Shown one piece after another: positions 57,254 through 64,000 of a stretch of DNA of 64,000 nt. The notes under the pieces are model-generated. The model saw nothing but the letters and a program-made list of their open reading frames with translations. It did not search any database and was not told the DNA's origin. Each line of letters starts with the position of its first letter. Position 1 is the stretch's first letter. Both the position numbers and the translations under genes were made by a program. This DNA is from a virus (lineage: Duplodnaviria > Caudoviricetes). Location of the stretch: IMG/VR virus record IMGVR_UViG_3300004213_000422, positions 7,043 through 71,042 of that record; one strand, given 5' to 3'.

Positions 57254-57568
57254 TCAGGCCGGGCGAATGCCGGTGAACCGCTCCACCCGGTCCCTACCTT
57301 CCTGAGACTTGTCGCCCTCGCGGGCCCGGTCATCGGCCAGCTTCGCGATCATGTCCGGCGGGATCGTGGCGTGCGCCTTCATCGCATCCACCAAACCATC
57401 AACCGTCCCGATGCTGTTGAATCCCTTCCCAACCCACAGGACGGTGTCGTCGTGATCCACGGGGAGAGAAGGGTCACTGACGAGACCAAAGAAGGTTCCC
57501 ATCGGGGCATCCCACCCAACCGCGACCTCGTGCTTCGGGTTCAATCCAGGGATCGTGTGTCGGCTCAT
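57254..57568 (-). CDS. Hypothetical protein
   Basis: MSRHTIPG...VAVGWDAPMGTFF; GGAGG RBS. Confidence 0.6.
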   Translation of the reverse strand: MSRHTIPGLNPKHEVAVGWDAPMGTFFGLVSDPSLPVDHDDTVLWVGKGFNSIGTVDGLVDAMKAHATIPPDMIAKLADDRAREGDKSQEGRDRVERFTGIRPA

Positions 57569-57686
57569 GCTGTCCTCCGTCCGCGACCCGTATGCGCCGT
57601 CTGCGCAGGTTACGCAACACCTTTCTCCACGCTGGCGGTCTCGTGATCCTCGCGGTATTCCGCAGGGCTCAACAAGGAGGCTCACG

Positions 57687-58049
57687 ATGGCTGTTGGCGT
57701 ATCCGGCGGGGCAGGTCAGCCCTCCCTGCTGCGGGAGATCGGGTGGAGGCTGATGGCGGGCGTGGCGCTGTTCCTGGCGCTGATCCTGCTGGCCTTCCTG
57801 GCTCTGGGCTTCATCTTGTTCGGCCGTTCCCAGCGGCGCCTGGAGATCGGCAGGGGATGCAGCCGGGTGCTAAATGGGTGCATGGATGGGACAGGGGATG
57901 TGACCTTCTCCGCCCAGTCCTGGGACGCGATGCTGAAGGGCAAGCCTCTGGGCGCCCAGCGGGTCGCGTTCGTGGACGCCCTGCCCGGCAATGGCGAGGG
58001 GCACTGCCTGGACGCGTGGCGGTGGCATAAGGACCACGACCTTCTGTAG
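57687..58049 (+). CDS. Single-TM membrane protein
   Basis: AAGGAGG RBS; one long hydrophobic segment. Confidence 0.55.
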   Translation: MAVGVSGGAGQPSLLREIGWRLMAGVALFLALILLAFLALGFILFGRSQRRLEIGRGCSRVLNGCMDGTGDVTFSAQSWDAMLKGKPLGAQRVAFVDALPGNGEGHCLDAWRWHKDHDLL

Positions 58050-58058
58050 GAGCGCAGC

Positions 58059-58901
58059 ATGACCGAGGACACATTCCAGCCGCCGCATGGCAGGGGCCTG
58101 CGCTGGGGCCAGGAGGACCGGCGCGACCGGGCCCTCTACAAGACAATCCCGAACGTGGACCTCCTGCCCGCCACAGCCACAGCGACGGGCATCAGGGACC
58201 GTCTGCCGCCTCCGATGGACCAGGGGCCTATCGGGGCGTGCGTCGGCTACGGCACGGCCCAGAACGCCTTCGCCGCCATGGCCAAGGATGGCCGCCGCCG
58301 CCCCTTCATTCCATCCCCCGTCGCGCTCTACCTCTGGGCGCGCGAGGAGGGCGGATACCCGCAGGAGGACGCGGGCGCGGAAATCCGCAACGCCTTCAAG
58401 ATGGTCAATCGGTACGGCCTTCCCGCCATGTCAAACCTGAAGCCGCGTTTCGAGCCGCGCGACCTTCCCGATCCGGAGACGTGGCTGTTTCCTCAGACAT
58501 CCATCTGGATACGGTCGATCAGCCCCAGCAACATGGCGGACGCGGAGCGGCGACAGGTCGTCAGCTATCGCAAACTCCCGCTGCTGGCTGACATGCTCCA
58601 ATGCCTCGCTGACGGTCGCCCGGTGTGCTTCGGCTTCACCATGTTCCGGAGCTTCTACGACGCATACGGCAATGCGCGTAAGATCATCCCAATGCCCCGC
58701 AACGGAGAGCGGGATTTCGGTGGGCACTGCGTCAACGCCATCGACTACGACAAGCCAGCCCGGCTGATCTGGTGCAGGAATCAATGGGGCGAGGAGGCGC
58801 ACGAGGGCGGCCCCGACTTCGCTCTGCCCTTCGATTTCGTTGCGGCCTACGCCAGTGATGCCTGGGTGACGGAGAGCGTCGAAGGAGCGCCGGCTGCGTA
58901 G
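58059..58901 (+). CDS. Papain-like (C1A) cysteine peptidase
   Basis: DQGPIGACVG (Gln/Cys), GGHCV (His), RNQWG (Asn). Confidence 0.9.
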   Translation: MTEDTFQPPHGRGLRWGQEDRRDRALYKTIPNVDLLPATATATGIRDRLPPPMDQGPIGACVGYGTAQNAFAAMAKDGRRRPFIPSPVALYLWAREEGGYPQEDAGAEIRNAFKMVNRYGLPAMSNLKPRFEPRDLPDPETWLFPQTSIWIRSISPSNMADAERRQVVSYRKLPLLADMLQCLADGRPVCFGFTMFRSFYDAYGNARKIIPMPRNGERDFGGHCVNAIDYDKPARLIWCRNQWGEEAHEGGPDFALPFDFVAAYASDAWVTESVEGAPAA

Positions 58902-58911
58902 ACAGCGAAAA

Positions 58912-58939
58912 GGGGCAGCCGCTTCAGGTCGGCTGCCCC
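58912..58939. terminator. Hairpin between convergent peptidase and PurA-like genes
   Basis: GGGGCAGCCG-CTTCAGGT-CGGCTGCCCC. Confidence 0.65.
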
Positions 58940-58962
58940 CACTCGGCTCGCTTCAGGGTAAT

Positions 58963-60201
58963 TCAGGGTAGTGTAGAGCAGACAGAACGCGCATGCGCGG
59001 CGTGAGTTGCAAGCTCCGTCACGTCGTTCCGCGTGGGGCCCTCGCTGACGTAGCGGACCGGCAATCCAAGGTGTTGCTCCAGCCAGTCCAGCAGTTGCCC
59101 CGTAGTAATCCGATGGATCGCGCCTCCCAGCCAGACCAACGCCTCCCCCTTCAGCATCAGCGCGTCTCCCTTCATCTGGTCCATGCAGGTCACGGCCAGG
59201 GCCGCATTCACCTTGATGCTCGGATAGTCATCGGCCTGGGCAATGTCTTTCCAGATGGCCGCGCGCAACAGGTCAAGGTTGAGGGCCCCGAAGCGCAACG
59301 TGCCCTGCCAGGGGTTCGGCTGGTTCGTGGGGTCCGGGTAGGAGAGGTCTGGCGTCTCCCCCGGCATCGGCCCGGCTCCATGCCGCGTGGCGTAGGCGCG
59401 CGTCACATAGACGACGTCTAGCTCGCGGATGGCGTTCTCCTGCGCGATCTTCAGGACGTTGGTCAGCCCCGTGCTGGAGTGCGTGACGTGCGGGAAGAAC
59501 TCGTGGTTCTGATCCAGCAGCAGGCCCTGGGCACCTTCGAAGACGAAGCTGGCTGTGCTGTCCACATGCTGGTCGCTCAGCCCGTTGCTATTCAGCGCCA
59601 TGTCCCGGCAGGCGCTGATGAAGGCGCGCTCCAGGGCCGCGTTGAAGAAACGGTCCTCCCAATCCCCCCGAGGCCACACGCCCTCTTCCTTGAAGCGGCG
59701 AGGCAGCCAGTTGATCAGAATTGCCCCCAGCTTCTCGCGAGGCTCGCCCTTGATCAGGTCACCGTAGGTGATGGGGAAATGCTCGTGCCGAAGCATCGTC
59801 TCGTGGATGCCAGCACCGCAGCTACCATGCCGACTGCCACCGCGCGACGACTCCAGAAACTGGTTCAGCAGCATGTCGTAATGCGTGGTGACGGGCGCGC
59901 GGTAATCAATCGAGAGGTCGGTGTTGCCGTCGATGGCGCGGAGCCTCGCGCGCTCCTCCTGCCAGACCAGTGGGTTGACCAGAAAGAACCGGCTCAGATG
60001 CGTGGAAGCGGACGCCAGGGAGCCGCTACCGAAGTGGCTGAAGACGTGCCGATCCCCGTGCGGCGTCACCACCGTGTGCCCTGCCTGCGCGCCTCCGTTG
60101 AAGCGCACCACGACGCCTCCAGGCTTGCTCAGGTAGTCGGTCATTAACCCTTTTCCCTCGTCACCCCATCCAGCACCGATCACCACGGTTGCGCGCGTCA
60201 T
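58963..60201 (-). CDS. purA: Divergent adenylosuccinate synthetase-like ligase
   Basis: GWGDEGKG, RFNGGAQAGHT, FEGAQGLLLD, PHVT, YATRHGAGP, SEGP. Confidence 0.9.
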   Translation of the reverse strand: MTRATVVIGAGWGDEGKGLMTDYLSKPGGVVVRFNGGAQAGHTVVTPHGDRHVFSHFGSGSLASASTHLSRFFLVNPLVWQEERARLRAIDGNTDLSIDYRAPVTTHYDMLLNQFLESSRGGSRHGSCGAGIHETMLRHEHFPITYGDLIKGEPREKLGAILINWLPRRFKEEGVWPRGDWEDRFFNAALERAFISACRDMALNSNGLSDQHVDSTASFVFEGAQGLLLDQNHEFFPHVTHSSTGLTNVLKIAQENAIRELDVVYVTRAYATRHGAGPMPGETPDLSYPDPTNQPNPWQGTLRFGALNLDLLRAAIWKDIAQADDYPSIKVNAALAVTCMDQMKGDALMLKGEALVWLGGAIHRITTGQLLDWLEQHLGLPVRYVSEGPTRNDVTELATHAAHARSVCSTLP

Positions 60202-60359
60202 CAGTTGCCATCCTTCGGATCAGGGCGGCGGAAATACATCCTTCCTTCCGACACAGCGAATGGCTGCCAGCCTTCGGCCAGTAGAGCCCGGTAGCTCACA
60301 CTTCCGATTCGCGCGTCCTCAACCTGCCACCGGCATCCATCCCAATCCATCGTCCTCAT
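60201..60359 (-). CDS. Small 52-aa protein coupled to the PurA-like gene
   Basis: MRTMDWDGCRWQVEDARIG...PKDGN*, TGATG overlap with purA; below the ORF-track threshold. Confidence 0.5.
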   Translation of the reverse strand: MRTMDWDGCRWQVEDARIGSVSYRALLAEGWQPFAVSEGRMYFRRPDPKDGN

Positions 60360-60413
60360 CCTCGTCCTCAGGTTGCAGATAGGCGGGGCGCGCTCTCACG
60401 CGCCCCATCCCAA

Positions 60414-61349
60414 TCAGAAGTCGGTCAGCGCCGTCCCGGCGGCTCCGGACGTCGCGGCCGGCACCAGCCCGCTCACGGCGCGGCTGACCACCAGGGAGGT
60501 ATCGCCACCCCAGGACTTCGCCACGGCCGCGACGCTCTCACCTTCGGTGACCTGCATGGCGGAAACCACGATCTCCGCCAGCTTCGTGTGGTCCGACATC
60601 CGGATCACGCGCTGACCGAGAATGGCGTTCCAGCTACGCACGACGTGGTCGGCGCCCGCCTGACGGCAGTAGTCGCCCTCCTCCGCCACGATGTGGAAGG
60701 TGTGCCAGTTGCGCTGGACCATATCCAGCAATTGCTGGGTGGTCAGGTCGGTCCACTGGCCGGGGCCGAAGACCTTCTCAAACTCCGACGCGCGCACGAC
60801 CTTCGGGCATTCCTCATCGCCCACAGTGAAGAGGTAGCCCTTCTTCCCGCGCTTCTCGATGGCGTCCGCCGAGACCTTCATCGCAGCGAAGTACCAGGGG
60901 AGCGTGTAGGACTCGCTGTGGTTCCCGCCTCCGCCGCCCTCGATATGCAGGCTGATAAGCTGCTCAGCGAGACGAATGTCCGCCTCGAATTGGCTGACCT
61001 GCAACGGGGAGCGGTCATAGGCGACGTCACCGATGCCCATGAACATGATGTGCGGATCGGTGACCGGCTTGCGGTCATAGATCGCCTCGAACAGCACCTT
61101 CATGCCGCTGTTGGCGATGGTGTGTGAGAGACTGCCCATGCTGCCGGTGACGTCCAGGCCGACGATGACCGGCGTGGACTGCGGGTTCGCCGCACTATCG
61201 CGGCTCTCGCGAACCGCGATGTCCTTCGGGTCCAGGGCCGAAGTCATGGCCCTCGCCGTGAACGCGCTGCTGATCGGCGCGGTGCCGCCCTTCGTCGCGC
61301 TGCGCGTGAAGGAAGCGAAGTCGGTTGCGTCGAAACGTGATCCACCCAT
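60414..61349 (-). CDS. vWA-domain protein
   Basis: GLDVTGSMG MIDAS, GIGD, EGGGGG..ESY, GYLFTVGDE; ATG 61349. Confidence 0.85.
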   Translation of the reverse strand: MGGSRFDATDFASFTRSATKGGTAPISSAFTARAMTSALDPKDIAVRESRDSAANPQSTPVIVGLDVTGSMGSLSHTIANSGMKVLFEAIYDRKPVTDPHIMFMGIGDVAYDRSPLQVSQFEADIRLAEQLISLHIEGGGGGNHSESYTLPWYFAAMKVSADAIEKRGKKGYLFTVGDEECPKVVRASEFEKVFGPGQWTDLTTQQLLDMVQRNWHTFHIVAEEGDYCRQAGADHVVRSWNAILGQRVIRMSDHTKLAEIVVSAMQVTEGESVAAVAKSWGGDTSLVVSRAVSGLVPAATSGAAGTALTDF

Positions 61350-61354
61350 GGGGG

Positions 61355-62389
61355 TCAGCCTCCGTAAATGTCGCTTGGTGTGATGGCCAGTTCGATGAAG
61401 CGACGAGCACCGAATGAGGCCTGAAGGACGGAGGCCCAGTGCCGGTATTCGGCAATGGCGTCTCCGCCACTCGCAAGCCGCAGCCAATCGGCCATCGGCT
61501 TGGGAATGCTGCTATCGGCTGGCAGGCGCATGCCGGACGGGTCGCCCAGCAGTTCGCGGCCCAGAAGCCGAACGAGAGTGAGGTCGGTCGCGGGGCTGGA
61601 GACCTTGCTGGCCAGCACCGCTCCTGGCGCGTTCCGCACCGTCCTGGCGGCTTGCTTGCGGGCCATGCGCTCCCCCACCCTGGAAGCGTGCCACCAGCCA
61701 CCCACGACGCTGGTGGAGTGCTGGCGCGGGTTAATGAAGACCGTGTCCAGCGACAGGTCGTTGTGGGTAAGCCTCAGCACGCCCAGCACGCATGCCCAGT
61801 GCATCAGGTCGGACATGACCCAGGCGACATGGCGGGGATCGAGCTTGCCGCCGACGTGCTCCAGCAGGTCCCGCGCCCGGACGCTCTCCGGGTCGCGCTT
61901 GAGCACCATCAGGATGTGATCCTGCACGGGCGTCAGGGCCACCACCTTCGGGATGCGGGTGTCCATGATCCTGGCCAGCTTCTCGTCCGGGATGATCATG
62001 TCGCTCAGGATCATCGCCGCGCTGTCCATGAGGTCGGCGCAGTCAGGCGCCGCCGCGTAGCTCACCATGGAGGTCCCGATGTAGCCCGGCCCCACTCCCG
62101 CATCGAACTCGCGGAAGTAGCGGACGCGCTTCTCGCGCCCGTCCTTGCCGGTGAAGACCGCCAGTCCAGGCACCTTCCACGAGCCCTTGGCGACGCGGTC
62201 CTTCGCGGCCTGCCAAAGCACGTTCACATGGGCGAAGACGTCGCCGTCTCCACCGCGATCCGGGTGCCAGCGCTTGGCCAGCGCCTTGAACTCGCCCGCG
62301 ACCGCATCAGGGCCGGAGAACAGCCGCTCAGGCTGATCTGCGGGTATGGCCAGCAAGCCCGGACCGTCCAGGGTGTCAGCGTTCGGCAA
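61355..62389 (-). CDS. J-domain + kinase-like (probably pseudokinase) fusion
   Basis: LAKRWHPDRGG (HPD motif); THNDLSLDTVFIN catalytic-loop-like segment; TTG start with GGAGG. Confidence 0.7.
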   Translation of the reverse strand: MPNADTLDGPGLLAIPADQPERLFSGPDAVAGEFKALAKRWHPDRGGDGDVFAHVNVLWQAAKDRVAKGSWKVPGLAVFTGKDGREKRVRYFREFDAGVGPGYIGTSMVSYAAAPDCADLMDSAAMILSDMIIPDEKLARIMDTRIPKVVALTPVQDHILMVLKRDPESVRARDLLEHVGGKLDPRHVAWVMSDLMHWACVLGVLRLTHNDLSLDTVFINPRQHSTSVVGGWWHASRVGERMARKQAARTVRNAPGAVLASKVSSPATDLTLVRLLGRELLGDPSGMRLPADSSIPKPMADWLRLASGGDAIAEYRHWASVLQASFGARRFIELAITPSDIYGG

Positions 62390-62472
62390 GTCTGTCCTCC
62401 GTCCTCGTGGCGGCCCTGGCGTCTTTCCCTCGCCGGGCCTGTTGCAGGCTAGATCACCAAGCCCCCAGCCGT

Positions 62473-62757
62473 CTAATCCGGCGGAGGGATGATCTCCCAC
62501 TGATCCGTCAGGCAGCGGACCCGGTTCTGCCAGCGATCTCCGGCAAGGCGGCGCTTCACCCAGACCCAGGGCTTGCGGTATCCCGGCTGGAAGACGATCC
62601 GCAGTACCTGCCCCTCGTGGCCGGACACTTCCTTGACCACGTCCCCAAGGCTGACCCCGAAGTCTTCCTTCGCGCGCAGCGCCACGAGCCCCGCCCGCGC
62701 CATGTCCAGGCGCCGCTCAAGCTCCTCGACCTCCGCCTCCAACGCCTTCCGGTCCAT
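62473..62757 (-). CDS. Hypothetical protein
   Basis: Coupled small ORF. Confidence 0.55.
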   Translation of the reverse strand: MDRKALEAEVEELERRLDMARAGLVALRAKEDFGVSLGDVVKEVSGHEGQVLRIVFQPGYRKPWVWVKRRLAGDRWQNRVRCLTDQWEIIPPPD

Positions 62758-62987
62758 CAGCCGACCCCTTGTCCTTGCCGGGCTGGGCTCGCCTGGGCCC
62801 CGTGCTCCGATGCCGTCTTCAAATCCCGCGCCTGCTCCAGCCGGAGGAGGGAGGCGGTGCGCTGGTAGCCGGCCGCCTGAGCCCGTTCCGCCGTCTTCCG
62901 CCAGAACTCCGCCGCGACCTCGTAGCGCCCGTTCTCGCGTGCCCTGCGCGCCTCCTGGGCACTCTGGCGGACCTCCTCCAGGGTCAT
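62757..62987 (-). CDS. Hypothetical helical protein
   Basis: Coupled small ORF. Confidence 0.55.
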   Translation of the reverse strand: MTLEEVRQSAQEARRARENGRYEVAAEFWRKTAERAQAAGYQRTASLLRLEQARDLKTASEHGAQASPARQGQGVG

Positions 62988-63187
62988 TCGCCCGTGACCG
63001 CCTTGATGGCGTTGCGGAGGTCGTCCATCCGCTCCAGTATTGGCCGCTCGCCGCCGGTCGTGTGCTGCTTGTGCAGGTCCACCAGGGCCCGCTGCGCCGC
63101 CTCCAGCAGGAGCTTGCCGGGGCTTGGCGGCCGTGGCTCGCTCCGGTGGTTCATCAGCGCGTCAAGCGAAGCGTGCAGATCAGGCAC
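62984..63187 (-). CDS. Hypothetical protein
   Basis: GGAGG RBS, overlap with the next gene. Confidence 0.55.
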   Translation of the reverse strand: MPDLHASLDALMNHRSEPRPPSPGKLLLEAAQRALVDLHKQHTTGGERPILERMDDLRNAIKAVTGE

Positions 63188-63276
63188 TCAGTCCTCCGTC
63201 TCGGGCGTCCCTGCCCTGCCTGAAGGTTACGCGCGACCCGCGCACCGATCAAGCCTTTATGCGCAGATAGGCAAAA

Positions 63277-63999
63277 CTAAGCCGTGACGTTGTAGGTCTT
63301 GGCCACGAACCCCTTGCCGGCGTCGCCGCGCTCGAACTGAGACACCCACCAACGCTTTCCGGAGCAAACCGTGCAGCGGTAGGACAGGTCTGGGTGGTCG
63401 CTCGTGGGGTCCGGCTCCATGGCGTGGACACAGCCGCGCGCCGTCGCTTCGCGGTACGTCACATCGCGTCGATAGTGCCCTCGGACCTCGTGCCGACGAA
63501 GGCCTGCTTCCACACCCCGAGTCATTCCGATGCGGCGCAGCACCGGAGTGGGATCGACGTCGATGGTGACCACGTTGTGCGCGGCGTAAGGGCGTTGCTT
63601 GTTGCCTATCCATCCGCGAGTCAGTGGACGGTCATGAATGTATCGGGTCACGCCTTGTCGGTTCATCAGAAGCAGGATCGTAATGATGTTCCGCAGGTCG
63701 CCGGCAGAACCAGAGAAGAGGGTTAGCCATTTATCCGCCCCAACCCGGTCCATGTCTGAGACGGGCGGAAGAACGACTGAGTGCGATGCGCGAAGCGCCC
63801 GACGATCCTCAGAATCTTCATCGGAGAGGTTCACGACTGCTTGGTAGGCATCATCCACCGTCCCGCCCGTGGGAATCCAGCGCTCCAGACTGCTTCCCCA
63901 AAGAAAGGCATCCAGTTGGCTTCTCGTGGTGCCCAACAACCTGCACGTCCGAAGCTGGCTCTCAATGCTCCAGGGCTGATGCAGCTTGTAGGCGACGGG
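63277..63999 (-). CDS. Hypothetical phage protein, 5' end beyond the window
   Basis: Frame stays open to the window edge; C-terminal RRHEVRGHYRR...C.H...CTVC motif. Confidence 0.65.
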   Translation of the reverse strand, partial: PVAYKLHQPWSIESQLRTCRLLGTTRSQLDAFLWGSSLERWIPTGGTVDDAYQAVVNLSDEDSEDRRALRASHSVVLPPVSDMDRVGADKWLTLFSGSAGDLRNIITILLLMNRQGVTRYIHDRPLTRGWIGNKQRPYAAHNVVTIDVDPTPVLRRIGMTRGVEAGLRRHEVRGHYRRDVTYREATARGCVHAMEPDPTSDHPDLSYRCTVCSGKRWWVSQFERGDAGKGFVAKTYNVTA

Positions 64000-64000
64000 C

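Noticed and set aside
58963-60201. PurZ / Z-genome (2-aminoadenine) pathway
   Set aside because: The P-loop is GDEGKG (Asp, PurA-type) rather than GSTGKG, and no DatZ/MazZ or polymerase is visible
1-64000. Integrase, att sites or host chromosomal flanks
   Set aside because: None recognisable; lifestyle cannot be determined from this window

Overview
This window is a high-GC tailed-phage genome segment. Bases 452-38183 (+ strand) hold a complete siphovirus-type late module: small and large terminase, HK97-like portal, ClpP-type protease, HK97 capsid, head-tail genes, tail tube, a tail chaperone with a -1 frameshift site, a 2478-aa tape measure with an internal lysozyme-like domain, distal tail genes, a 1916-aa tail protein with two lyase-like modules, membrane proteins and a GH108 endolysin. 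The right 26 kb is accessory. It contains (i) a Ro60/TROVE gene flanked by three Y-RNA-like ncRNAs that share one stem motif but carry different internal domains, plus five tRNAs (Tyr, Thr, Arg, Cys, Trp); (ii) a plasmid-type MOBF relaxase-helicase-primase fusion and a separate cluster of mobilisation-like genes around nested inverted repeats; (iii) dUTPase, an HNH endonuclease and TerB; (iv) a PEP-CTERM protein among membrane and secreted proteins; (v) a papain-like protease convergent on a J-domain/pseudokinase + vWA + divergent PurA-like operon. No integrase, DNA polymerase, CRISPR array or reverse transcriptase was seen. An alphaproteobacterial host is an inference only. All family assignments come from motifs read by eye; no database search was run.
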